In this document: piece by piece, positions 37,242-46,380 of the stretch
Layout: each line of letters starts with the position of its first letter
Position numbering within the stretch: position 1 is the stretch's first letter
Source: Candidatus Latescibacterota bacterium
GTDB taxonomy: Bacteria > Latescibacterota > UBA2968
NCBI GenBank assembly: GCA_965208125.1
Contig: OZ242320.1
Coordinates: forward strand, 4,672,001-4,736,000
DNA length: 64,000 nt
Reading direction: 5' to 3'
Notes under the pieces: model-generated
Databases searched by the model: none
Told to the model about the DNA's origin: nothing
The model's input: only the letters and a program-made list of their open reading frames with translations
Position numbers and translations under genes: made by a program

Positions 37242-39929
37242 TTACATAGAAACGCCCAGAAGTCCTCGGGTAAATTGAAAGTCTGTGTTACCTGTGAGGG
37301 GCGTTTTAGGCGTGTATTGACGAGAGGCGACGGCGATGATCTGGCGCAAGAGGGCGTCGGCGTTGTGTTTGGGTTCGGTGTTGAAGATGAGGTCAAAGTC
37401 ATCGCCGTAGGAATTGGCGACGCGCTCTTCGGCTGTTGTTTGAAGCATGGGGGTCAGGGGATGGCCCTGCAAGGGGTGATCCCCTGAGTAGGCGATGATG
37501 AGGTGTACGCCTGTGCCGCCCAATCCAGTGAGGGTTTCGACCCAGTGGTCAGTCTGGCTGTCCATGATGTGATAGCCTGGTTGGGTGGGGTTTTGCCCGT
37601 GTGCAAGAGTGGGTGCAGGTGGCGTGCTGCCCAGAACTTCGGATAGATATATGGGATGAGACAGAAAACTCGCATTGTCGGGTACAATGAGCGTGACGCC
37701 TGTGCCGATCAGGGTTTGGGATAGAATGGCGAAGGATTGCGCAGCTATATCGGAAATGGAGCCAGAAGCGTGAAGGCCGACGCTGAGTGCGGACAGGCTG
37801 GCGGGAGTGACTTCAGGGGGAAGCGTCTGCGTGAACTGGTCGAGAAAATAGGCTTCGACCTTGTCGAGAACAGCCTCGATACCGCCGTCGAGTTGCACAC
37901 TGGCCCATCCAAATGCATCGGGGCTGATCCCTCTGTCGTCCAGTGCGTGTCGAATATAGTCGTTGTGGGTCTTTTCACAGCCGTGTTCCAATAACAGGCA
38001 GGTGTGTACGAGGGGGTGGGTGAGGTAGCCGAGCATAGTGCGCGTGTAGAGGCGTTCAGTGGCTTCTCCCGATACACCGCATCCTTCGGTGTGCGGGAGG
38101 GCGACAAAGCGCGAGATGCCCTTGTCGAGTCCCAGCCCCTTTTCTGTGAGGCGTTTTGCCGCCATCAGCGCGATTTGGCCAGAACACAGGCTGGTGGGGA
38201 GAATAAGGCCCAGGCGGTCGGTTGTAAATCCATCTCGGGCGCGAATGGCTTCAAAGCTATGTTCGTCGTCGTCAAATGTCTGAATAGCGAGCGGCACGCC
38301 CTGAGGTTCTGGCCGGTTTTTGAGATCGGGCAAGTGGTCTGTTGAGGTCTGTCGCCAGGTACGCCATATCGAGACTTGTGCGTGTGCGGCTTTTTCGCCT
38401 TTGCTGCGTTCTCCTGAGGCGATTTTGCAGGTCAGGTCAAACATATCGCTGCCGAGGTCGTCCATGGAGATGCCGTCCAGATATGCACCCGCGTTGACAT
38501 CCATATCTTTACTGAGTAGATGATAGCGTTCGGATGTGGTGACGATCTTGATGGTGGGTACAAAGGGGAAGTTTGTGATTGAGCCATTGCCGGTGATGAA
38601 GAAGATCATATTACATCCGGAAGCTACTTGTCCGGCAATACTTTCGAGATCATTGCCAGGGCTGTCCATGAAATAGTATCCCGGATCGGTCATCGGTGCC
38701 GCGTAATCAATGACAGAATCGAGACGGACATCCGGGTGGCGTTTCATGGCTGCGCCGATGGATTTGAGGACGATGTTGTAGAGGCCGCGGAACTTGTTGC
38801 CCCCGGAAGGGTTGCCCTCTGCTGTTGTGCCGTGCCATGCAGCGAGGGTTTTATAGGCTTCCACTTTGTCGAGAAAGCACTGGGCGACATCGTAAGATGA
38901 GACATTTTGAAGAACGTAGGATTCCGCGCCGATGAGTTCGTCGGTTTCTGCGAGGTTGGCTGAGCCTCCGTGGCGAATGATTTCTCTTGCCACCCACGAC
39001 GCCAATGGATTGCCGGAGATGCCCGAGAATGCGTCTGATCCGCCGCATTGCAGCGCGATTTTGATGTGAGATAGGGGTTCGGGCGTGCGGACCATTGCCT
39101 GGACTTGGGGCAACCATTTGGCAATGATGTTTTCACCCTGTTTTAGCGCGTTTTCAAAGCTGCCTTCAAGTGTGAGAAAGTGGTGCAGAACATGGTCGAT
39201 AGGATAGTTGTTTTGCACGAAAAATTCCCGAAGATGCTGGTTGGTGATGGCTTCGTGACCGTAGTCGATCGCGAGTACCGCACCGACGTTTGGATGTACT
39301 GCAAATCCGGCGAGTGTACGCAATAAGAGGTCTTTGTTATTGGGGATTTCAGTGCCGCCGCCTTCGGTATGGGCAACTGCAACAATGCCATCAATATTGT
39401 AATAATCTCGTATGCAATCTTTTAATCGCGCTTCGAGCTGTTTGGCATAACTCGCTGTGCGGGAGGATGTTCCCAGTATGACAATATTATTTCGCGTGCC
39501 TACGCCTCGACCTCCCGATCTTCTGAAACCCTGAAAAGTACCGCACTGATCATAGCGCTTGACTTGTTCACCTGCTTCAAAAGAGGTGATCTGGTATGGA
39601 ACAATGCGATCTTCAAAGTTGGGCACGTCTGGAAGCTCGAAGTCGAGATCGCGGAGTTTGAGGGCGTCGAGGATCTCGGAGTTGCAGGCGTAATCTCCGG
39701 GAGAGATATGGCGCGTTGCAATGCCAAAGGGCAGGCCCCACGAGAGGAGAGGTTCGCCAGGGGCGATGGGTTGGATGGCAAAGCGATGGCCTTCGAGGAT
39801 GGTATGCCGAAGCGCGAAGGTGCGATCTGAATGGATAATCTGGGTGCCTCTTTCCAGTTTTCGGGTCGCAATGCCAACATTGTCTCCCGGAAGAGGGAGA
39901 CGACCGATTTCAGAAAAATTATGTGTCAT
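37242..39929 (-). CDS. Long UxaA/GarD-family sugar-acid dehydratase (SAF + catalytic domain + second partial copy)
   Basis: DNVGIA, GH.FA, GVGTRN, HTEGGG, QCGGSDAFSG, GNPSGGN, KSIGA, TGNGS; a second HTEGCG/EHGCEK unit in the C-terminal third. Confidence 0.85.
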   Translation of the reverse strand: MTHNFSEIGRLPLPGDNVGIATRKLERGTQIIHSDRTFALRHTILEGHRFAIQPIAPGEPLLSWGLPFGIATRHISPGDYACNSEILDALKLRDLDFELPDVPNFEDRIVPYQITSFEAGEQVKRYDQCGTFQGFRRSGGRGVGTRNNIVILGTSSRTASYAKQLEARLKDCIRDYYNIDGIVAVAHTEGGGTEIPNNKDLLLRTLAGFAVHPNVGAVLAIDYGHEAITNQHLREFFVQNNYPIDHVLHHFLTLEGSFENALKQGENIIAKWLPQVQAMVRTPEPLSHIKIALQCGGSDAFSGISGNPLASWVAREIIRHGGSANLAETDELIGAESYVLQNVSSYDVAQCFLDKVEAYKTLAAWHGTTAEGNPSGGNKFRGLYNIVLKSIGAAMKRHPDVRLDSVIDYAAPMTDPGYYFMDSPGNDLESIAGQVASGCNMIFFITGNGSITNFPFVPTIKIVTTSERYHLLSKDMDVNAGAYLDGISMDDLGSDMFDLTCKIASGERSKGEKAAHAQVSIWRTWRQTSTDHLPDLKNRPEPQGVPLAIQTFDDDEHSFEAIRARDGFTTDRLGLILPTSLCSGQIALMAAKRLTEKGLGLDKGISRFVALPHTEGCGVSGEATERLYTRTMLGYLTHPLVHTCLLLEHGCEKTHNDYIRHALDDRGISPDAFGWASVQLDGGIEAVLDKVEAYFLDQFTQTLPPEVTPASLSALSVGLHASGSISDIAAQSFAILSQTLIGTGVTLIVPDNASFLSHPIYLSEVLGSTPPAPTLAHGQNPTQPGYHIMDSQTDHWVETLTGLGGTGVHLIIAYSGDHPLQGHPLTPMLQTTAEERVANSYGDDFDLIFNTEPKHNADALLRQIIAVASRQYTPKTPLTGNTDFQFTRGLLGVSM

Positions 39930-39959
39930 GGATTGCATTCCTTTGAAAGTTTGTTTACA

Positions 39960-39988
39960 GTTATACGGAAAAGAAAAAACGATGTCAA
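39960..39988 (-). promoter_or_regulatory. sigma70-type promoter for the uxaA-like operon
   Basis: Minus strand TTGACA-N17-TATAAC. Confidence 0.65.
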
Positions 39989-40007
39989 GTTTCATATAAA
40001 AAAGACC

Positions 40008-40037
40008 TTGACATATCACTTACATTTGGTTTATGTT
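40008..40037 (+). promoter_or_regulatory. sigma70-type promoter for dtxR-feoAB (divergent from the above)
   Basis: TTGACA-N18-TATGTT. Confidence 0.45.
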
Positions 40038-40108
40038 TCTATCAGTTGTTTTATTAGCAAAACATCGGTTAAACGGCTAAACGCACTGTTCAAGGGGGGG
40101 GTGGTCAT

Positions 40109-40633
40109 ATGATGGTATCGGATGTATGGAAAGAATACGAGAGCAACGAGATCTCTCACAGTGTTGCCCATCATCTAACTGCCATTCACGAGTTGATGGG
40201 TGACCTGGGCTATGCACGGGTTTCTGATGTGGCGCGTGCGCTGGAGATTACCCGGGGCAGTGCATCGCTGACGCTCAAAGCCCTCAAGGCGCGCGGGCTG
40301 GTCGTGGAAGATCACAATAAATTTTTGAAATTATCTGAAGATGGCCGCCGCATTGTCGATTCTATTTTAGCCAAACGCGCTGTTGTTCGCAAATTTCTCA
40401 ACGAGGTGCTCAAGCTCGACGAGCATCAAGCCGAAGTGGATGCGTGCAAGGTCGAGCATCTTTTAAGCGCGCAAACTGGTGGGCAATTGCTGCATTTTGT
40501 GCGTTTCTTGCTCTCCGATGATCCCACTGCGCGACAATTTCTCTCTGAGTTCTGGTCCAGGCTGGATCAAAATGAGGATTGGCAGTGGCCCGTTCAAGAT
40601 GTTGATCAATTATTCAATTTGGAGTCTCGATAA
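40109..40633 (+). CDS. DtxR/IdeR-family metal-dependent repressor
   Basis: HTH ARVSDVARALEITRGSAS; dimerisation motif AEVDACKVEHLLS. Confidence 0.9.
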   Translation: MMVSDVWKEYESNEISHSVAHHLTAIHELMGDLGYARVSDVARALEITRGSASLTLKALKARGLVVEDHNKFLKLSEDGRRIVDSILAKRAVVRKFLNEVLKLDEHQAEVDACKVEHLLSAQTGGQLLHFVRFLLSDDPTARQFLSEFWSRLDQNEDWQWPVQDVDQLFNLESR

Positions 40634-40875
40634 TGGCTTATGCAACGGATGCTGCAACCCCACTTTCAATATGGGGCCGGGGTGATGAAGGTACTATTGA
40701 AGGGGTTTCAGGTGCCAATCAACTGGCGGCTCGACTGCGCGAGGTGGGGGCTATACCAGGTGTTCCCGTGCGCGTGTTGCGCGTTGGGCGCACTGTGGTC
40801 ATTCAGGTGGGTAGCAGCAGATTTTGCTTGCGGAAAACCGATGCTGCATGCATCAAGGGAATGAAAGCGGCCTGA
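40633..40875 (+). CDS. feoA: Ferrous iron transport protein A
   Basis: RLREVGAIPGVPVRV SH3-like motif; directly upstream of feoB. Confidence 0.85.
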   Translation: MAYATDAATPLSIWGRGDEGTIEGVSGANQLAARLREVGAIPGVPVRVLRVGRTVVIQVGSSRFCLRKTDAACIKGMKAA

Positions 40876-40881
40876 TTTATT

Positions 40882-43062
40882 ATGGCAATGGATTTAGCGG
40901 ATCGAGAGCGGCCTTATGTGGGTCGTGCCACGGTCGCTGTGGTTGGCAATCCCAATACGGGCAAGACAACGCTTTTTAACGCTCTGACGGGGCTTTCGCA
41001 GCGCGTGGGAAATTTTCCAGGCGTTACGGTTGAGCGCAAGATTGGACAATTGACATTGCCCAACGCAGGTGCGATTGACCTGCTGGATTTGCCCGGGACA
41101 TACAGTCTTTCAGCCAAGTCTCCGGATGAACTTATTGCTGTTGAAGCACTGATGGGGTTGTTGAAGAGCGAGAGCACCATTCAAGCTGTGCTCGTGGTTC
41201 TCGACGCCAGCAATTTGAGACGCAGTTTATATATCGTATCTCAACTTCTCGAAATTGATTTGCCCCTGGTTGTGGCCCTCAATATGTTAGATGTGGCCAA
41301 GGCCAGGGGCATTGTTATTGATGCGCCTGCTCTGAGCGAGCGTTTGGGCGTTCCAGTTATTCCCATACAGGCCAATAAGCGCGTTGGGCTTGATGAATTG
41401 AAAGAAGCTCTTTCTCGGATTGTTGAAAAGGGTAAGATTCCATCGCGCAGTCCGATATTGCCACAATCCTGGTGGACAGACGCTGAGCAGTTGGCGCGAA
41501 AATACGAAGGTGTATCTACGGGCCTGGTGCTGCGTGTGTTGATTGAGAATCAGAACGCCTTTGCAGTTCATGTCGTGGAACGCTTTGGCGATGAATTCGC
41601 CGCTGATCTCCACGCGTTGCGAGCACAGGTCAATGCGGATGATGCGCTGGCGAATCGCGAGATCGAATTGCGCTATAGATGGATTGATGAGGTTCTCGAT
41701 GATGTGCTACGCGATCCCGAACCGCTTCGCGTGACCCGTTCTGATCGGTTAGATCGGATTTTGACCCACCCGCTGTGGGGCAGCCTGAGTTTTGCTGTGA
41801 TTATGGCCTTTGTTTTCCAATCGATTTTTTCGTGGGCCGTGCCCCTGATGGATAGTATTGACGCGTTGTTTGGGATGGTCGGAGGATGGGCTTCGAGCTA
41901 TCTTCCCGAGGGTGCGCTGCAAAGTATGGTGGTGGATGGGGTTATCGCCGGGGTGGGCGGCGTAGTCATTTTTTTGCCCCAGATCTGCATCCTGTTTCTC
42001 TTTATTGCCATACTGGAAGATTGCGGTTATATGGCCCGCGCGGCGCTGTTGATGGATCGCCTGTTAACGCCGTGTGGTTTGTCTGGGAAGTCTTTTATTC
42101 CTCTCTTGTCGAGTTTTGCCTGTGCGATTCCAGGGGTGATGGCTACGCGAACGATTAATGATCCCAAAGACCGCATTGCCACGATGCTGGTAGCGCCGTT
42201 GATGAGTTGCTCTGCGCGTTTGCCGGTGTACGCGATTTTTATTGGGGCTTTTATTCCCGATCGAGATGTTTGGGGGGGAATTGGGTTGCAGGGGCTTACG
42301 CTTTTCGCGCTGTACTGCGTTGGTATTGTTGTGGCTATTCCCGTTGCGTGGATTTTAAAAAAGACGCTATTGAGAGGGCAGTCCACGCCTTTTTTACTCG
42401 AGTTGCCGTCTTACAAAATTCCAGATGTGGGCACTGTTGGGATGCGTATTTATCAAAGTGCGAGGCATTTTCTCGAAAGAGCTGGTACATTGATTCTCGC
42501 CGCGACGATTGTGATGTGGGCACTGGCGTATTTCCCGCGGTCTGAGACGATTGCCGCGCATTACGAGGTTGAGCGCGAGCGATTGATTGGGGCACCGGAG
42601 GAAGTTTTGGATGATTTGCGCGCGAAAGAAGCTGGCGACATGCTCGAGCAGAGTTTTCTGGGGCGGATGGGACATGCTATTGAACCCGTCGTAGAACCAT
42701 TGGGATGGGATTGGCGGATTGGGATGGCGGCACTGGCATCTTTCCCAGCGCGGGAAGTAATTGTCGCGGTTCTGGGTACTATTTACAGTCTGGGAGAGGT
42801 GGATGAGGAATCGGCGTCGCTTAGAGGCGCGCTTCAGGCTGCGACCTGGTCGGATGGACGAAAGGTGTTTAATATCCCGGTTGCACTGTCTATTATGGTG
42901 TTTTTTGCACTGTGCGCGCAGTGCGTTTCCACGCTTGCGGTTATTCAACGCGAAACAGGCGCCTGGCGGTGGCCCGTGCTGACTTTTGTTTATATGACGG
43001 TGCTCGCCTATATCGGCGCATTTGTGACTTATCGCCTTGGAATGGCGCTTGGATGGGAGTAA
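40882..43062 (+). CDS. feoB: Ferrous iron transport protein B
   Basis: GNPNTGKT, VGNFPGVTVE, DLPGTYSL, NMLD, LEDCGYMARAA, MSCSAR. Confidence 0.97.
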   Translation: MAMDLADRERPYVGRATVAVVGNPNTGKTTLFNALTGLSQRVGNFPGVTVERKIGQLTLPNAGAIDLLDLPGTYSLSAKSPDELIAVEALMGLLKSESTIQAVLVVLDASNLRRSLYIVSQLLEIDLPLVVALNMLDVAKARGIVIDAPALSERLGVPVIPIQANKRVGLDELKEALSRIVEKGKIPSRSPILPQSWWTDAEQLARKYEGVSTGLVLRVLIENQNAFAVHVVERFGDEFAADLHALRAQVNADDALANREIELRYRWIDEVLDDVLRDPEPLRVTRSDRLDRILTHPLWGSLSFAVIMAFVFQSIFSWAVPLMDSIDALFGMVGGWASSYLPEGALQSMVVDGVIAGVGGVVIFLPQICILFLFIAILEDCGYMARAALLMDRLLTPCGLSGKSFIPLLSSFACAIPGVMATRTINDPKDRIATMLVAPLMSCSARLPVYAIFIGAFIPDRDVWGGIGLQGLTLFALYCVGIVVAIPVAWILKKTLLRGQSTPFLLELPSYKIPDVGTVGMRIYQSARHFLERAGTLILAATIVMWALAYFPRSETIAAHYEVERERLIGAPEEVLDDLRAKEAGDMLEQSFLGRMGHAIEPVVEPLGWDWRIGMAALASFPAREVIVAVLGTIYSLGEVDEESASLRGALQAATWSDGRKVFNIPVALSIMVFFALCAQCVSTLAVIQRETGAWRWPVLTFVYMTVLAYIGAFVTYRLGMALGWE

Positions 43063-43066
43063 TGGT

Positions 43067-43225
43067 ATGACCGACTGGCAAAATTGGATCGCGGTTGTTG
43101 TGGCACTCTGGTGTGCCTATCGCGTCATTGGCGAGGTTGTAAGGCCGTTTTTAGCTTCGTCGTGTACGGGTTGCGGTGGTGCGTGTGAAGAAGAGAAGCG
43201 CGAGGATTTGATTGAGATTGAATAA
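43067..43225 (+). CDS. FeoB-associated Cys-rich membrane peptide
   Basis: One TM helix followed by SSCTGCGGAC, directly after feoB. Confidence 0.7.
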   Translation: MTDWQNWIAVVVALWCAYRVIGEVVRPFLASSCTGCGGACEEEKREDLIEIE

Positions 43226-43255
43226 GTAGGAAAAACCGGACGTTTCGTTTTGTAT

Positions 43256-43289
43256 AAAAACCCTTCAATCTGTGGATTGAGGGGTTTTT
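43256..43289 (+). terminator. Rho-independent terminator of the feo operon
   Basis: AAAAACCCTTCAATC-tgtg-GATTGAGGGGTTTTT. Confidence 0.8.
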
Positions 43290-43322
43290 CTTTTCTTGAC
43301 CGGATCCCTTGATTTTTATATT

Positions 43323-43358
43323 TTTAGTTTTGACTAAATTTTATTTTAGCAGTACTAT
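43323..43358 (+). promoter_or_regulatory. tro/mnt promoter with an overlapping MntR/TroR-type operator
   Basis: TTTAGT-TTTG-ACTAAA palindrome (43323-43338) overlapping TTGACT-N17-TACTAT. Confidence 0.7.
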
Positions 43359-43392
43359 AAGAAGTATTGTAGGCATGTATAACGGAGGGTGT

Positions 43393-44307
43393 ATGTATCG
43401 ATTTTTCATTATGGCTGGTGTTTTATTGCTATGCGCGTGTGGCGGAGGCGAAACGCCGCCGGTTAAAAATAATAAAAAGCTGGTGGTGTGTACGACCGGG
43501 ATGGTTGGCGATCTGGTGCGCCATGTTGCGGGGGATCGCGCTGAGGTGATTTCCCTGATGGGACCTGGGATTGATCCGCATTATTACAAGGCGACGCAGG
43601 GCGATTTGCAGAAACTGTCTCGAGCAGATGTGATATTTTACAATGGTCTTTTTTTGGAAGGCAAGCTGGAAGGTATTTTTGAAAAGATGGCGCGCAGCAA
43701 GACGGTGATTCCCGTGTCGCGGGATATTCCCAAAGATAGGCTGCGGAAACCGGTTGCTGGACAAGGGGAGCACGATCCGCATATCTGGTTTGACGTCAGC
43801 ATGTGGGCAGAGACCCTGCATGTGGTAGTCCAGACTCTGAGCGAGCGTGACGCCGATGGTGCAGGTGTGTTTCGTGCCAATGCCGAGGCGTATCGCAAGC
43901 AATTGCACGATCTCGACGCCTGGGCAAAAGAGCAGATTGCACGCATTCCCAGCGATCAGCGCGTGTTGATTACGGCACACGACGCCTTTGGATATTTTGG
44001 TCTTGCTTACGGCATTGAAGTCCGCGGGCTTCAGGGGATTTCGACTGTAGCTGAATACGGCGTCAATGATGTGTCTTTGCTGGTAGATTTTATTGTCAAA
44101 CGGCGGGTGAAAGCCATTTTTGTTGAAAGCAGTGTGCCCGAGCGTTCGATCAATGCCGTGCGCGAGGGGTGCAAAGCGCGAGGGTGGGATGTAGCAATTG
44201 GAGGTACGCTGTATTCCGACGCAATGGGACCTGCGGGCAGTGGAGCTGATACGTACATTGGTATGGTGCAGTCAAACGTAAACACAATTGTCGAGGCATT
44301 AAAATAA
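43393..44307 (+). CDS. troA: Mn/Zn/Fe ABC transporter substrate-binding lipoprotein (TroA/MntA)
   Basis: Lipobox LCAC, GIDPHYY, DPHIWFD, TAHDAFGYF, FVESS, LYSDAMG. Confidence 0.93.
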   Translation: MYRFFIMAGVLLLCACGGGETPPVKNNKKLVVCTTGMVGDLVRHVAGDRAEVISLMGPGIDPHYYKATQGDLQKLSRADVIFYNGLFLEGKLEGIFEKMARSKTVIPVSRDIPKDRLRKPVAGQGEHDPHIWFDVSMWAETLHVVVQTLSERDADGAGVFRANAEAYRKQLHDLDAWAKEQIARIPSDQRVLITAHDAFGYFGLAYGIEVRGLQGISTVAEYGVNDVSLLVDFIVKRRVKAIFVESSVPERSINAVREGCKARGWDVAIGGTLYSDAMGPAGSGADTYIGMVQSNVNTIVEALK

Positions 44308-45092
44308 TGTTACATGCCGTTGATGAATCGGTGACGCCCATTCATATTCACGATATGACGGTGGCGTATCACAAGAAACCCGTTCTGTGGGATGTCGATC
44401 TCGCCGTGCCAGAAGGCAAACTCGTAGGGATTGTGGGTCCAAATGGCGCGGGCAAGAGCACGATGATCAAAGCCATTATGGATCTCGTGCCCAAGGCTTC
44501 AGGGTGGGTCCGCATCTACGGCAAGTCCTATTCGCGCATGCGCCAGGCCATTGGCTATGTGCCGCAACGCGAGTCAGTGGATTGGGATTTTCCCATTAAT
44601 GCCTTAGATGTGGTGCTTATGGGGCGTTATGGGCACGTTGGGTGGGTGAGACGTCCGGATAAAATTGACAGAGAACTGGCTGAGGATGCACTTGAAAAAG
44701 TCGGTATGACCGATTTTGGGCATCGGCAGATCAATCAGCTTTCGGGGGGCCAGCAACAGCGGGTTTTTCTGGCACGCGCTCTGGCACAAGATGCACAAAT
44801 TTATTTGATGGACGAACCCTTTGCCGGCGTGGATGCGGCGACCGAACGCGCCATTATAGATATTTTGATGGATCTGAGGGCGCGAAAAAAGACTATGCTG
44901 GTTGTACATCACGATTTGCACACGGTGAACCAGTATTTTGACTGGCTGGTTTTGATCAATATGCGGATCGTTGCCGCGGGTGAGACAAAAGATGTGTTCA
45001 CAGAAGACAATTTGAACAAAACTTATGGCGGACGGTTGACGGTGCTTTCCGAAGCCGCACAGGCTGTTGCCCATCATCAGCGGGGGTTATGA
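44307..45092 (+). CDS. troB: Metal ABC transporter ATP-binding protein (TroB/MntB)
   Basis: GPNGAGKST, LSGGQQQR, MDEPF, HHDL. Confidence 0.95.
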   Translation: MLHAVDESVTPIHIHDMTVAYHKKPVLWDVDLAVPEGKLVGIVGPNGAGKSTMIKAIMDLVPKASGWVRIYGKSYSRMRQAIGYVPQRESVDWDFPINALDVVLMGRYGHVGWVRRPDKIDRELAEDALEKVGMTDFGHRQINQLSGGQQQRVFLARALAQDAQIYLMDEPFAGVDAATERAIIDILMDLRARKKTMLVVHHDLHTVNQYFDWLVLINMRIVAAGETKDVFTEDNLNKTYGGRLTVLSEAAQAVAHHQRGL

Positions 45093-45093
45093 G

Positions 45094-46380
45094 GTGGTTT
45101 GGGACGCGACATTTCAACTGGTTTTGCTCGGCTCGCTATTGATCGGGGCGACATCGGGCACGCTGGGTGCATTTGCCGTGTTGCGGCGGCGCAGCCTTTT
45201 GGGCGATGCGCTGGCGCATGCAGCACTTCCCGGCGTTGCGCTGGCATTTCTATGGTCGCAGAGCAAAGCATTGCCCATTTTGCTTTTGGGTGCGACTATT
45301 TCCGGCGTGGTGGGAGTGCTTATTATTGAGGCTATTGTCAATTACACGCGCATCAAAGCAGATGCCGCGCTGGGCATTGTGCTTTCGGTCTTTTTTGGTG
45401 GGGGTATTGTGTTGCTCACGCATATTCAGCAGAGCGAGGTGGGCAATCAAAGCGGCCTGGATAAATTTCTTTTTGGACAGGCTGCGTCTATTGTGCGCGC
45501 TGATTTGTATGTGATGTGTATTGTCTCCGTGCTGGTTATGGGCGCGGTTTTTCTTTTTTATAAAGAATTTAAGGGACTCATTTTTGATGCGGAGTTTCTA
45601 TCTTCACTGGGATTTTCCCAGCGTGTGGTTGATCTTTTTTTAATGGGGCTGATCGTGCTTACCGTTATGGTGGGGCTTCAGGCTGTGGGCGTTATTCTCA
45701 TTGCTGCGATGTTGATTACCCCGGCTGCTGCTGCGCGGTTTTGGACAAATCGGCTGCATGTGATGGTGCTGGTGTCGGGCATTTTGGGCGCGTTATGCGG
45801 TGCAGTGGGCGTTGGGCTGAGCGCGCTGGCACCCCGAATCCCAACGGGACCGGTTATGGTGCTGGTTGCAACGGCTGCATTTCTAATTTCTGTGCTGATT
45901 GCCCCCAGACGCGGGGTGCTCGCCAGATGGGCGAGGCTCAGGGCAAATGCATTGCGGGAAAATGGTCAGCATTTTTTGCGGGCATATCTCGCGTTGCAGG
46001 CGCAGAACGAGCGGGAGGTTGTGTTGTCGGATCTCGCCAACGAGCTTCAGTTGCCACTTTACCGCGTACGTCGGCTTGCAAAGCGTCTCGTGCGCGATGG
46101 GCGGGTGAGTTTGCACAATGGTGCGTGTTCTTTGACGGAATTGGGACACAAGGAGGCGGATTTTGTAGTCAAATCCCATCAGCTATGGGAATATTATCTG
46201 GTTTATCGGTCTATATTAGAAGAGGATCACGTGGATAGACCCGCCGATGAAGTCGAGCACATTTTAACGCCCGAGATCATTGAACAGCTCGAATCAATTC
46301 TGGCACAAGAAGATATAGATATTGTCGGAGATATTCACAAAACGCACAGTGGCTATCGGAGGACCGGTCAAGATGAGTGA
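45094..46380 (+). CDS. troC: Metal ABC permease (TroC) fused to a C-terminal DtxR-like domain
   Basis: SLLGDALAHAALPG, LFGQAA; C-terminal wHTH-like segment + HQLWEYYL...ADEVEHIL. Confidence 0.9.
   Translation: MVWDATFQLVLLGSLLIGATSGTLGAFAVLRRRSLLGDALAHAALPGVALAFLWSQSKALPILLLGATISGVVGVLIIEAIVNYTRIKADAALGIVLSVFFGGGIVLLTHIQQSEVGNQSGLDKFLFGQAASIVRADLYVMCIVSVLVMGAVFLFYKEFKGLIFDAEFLSSLGFSQRVVDLFLMGLIVLTVMVGLQAVGVILIAAMLITPAAAARFWTNRLHVMVLVSGILGALCGAVGVGLSALAPRIPTGPVMVLVATAAFLISVLIAPRRGVLARWARLRANALRENGQHFLRAYLALQAQNEREVVLSDLANELQLPLYRVRRLAKRLVRDGRVSLHNGACSLTELGHKEADFVVKSHQLWEYYLVYRSILEEDHVDRPADEVEHILTPEIIEQLESILAQEDIDIVGDIHKTHSGYRRTGQDE

Noticed and set aside
40050-40090. DtxR operator upstream of dtxR-feoAB (TTAGC...GCTAAA)
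   Set aside because: Half-sites are too far apart or too degenerate to call without comparative data
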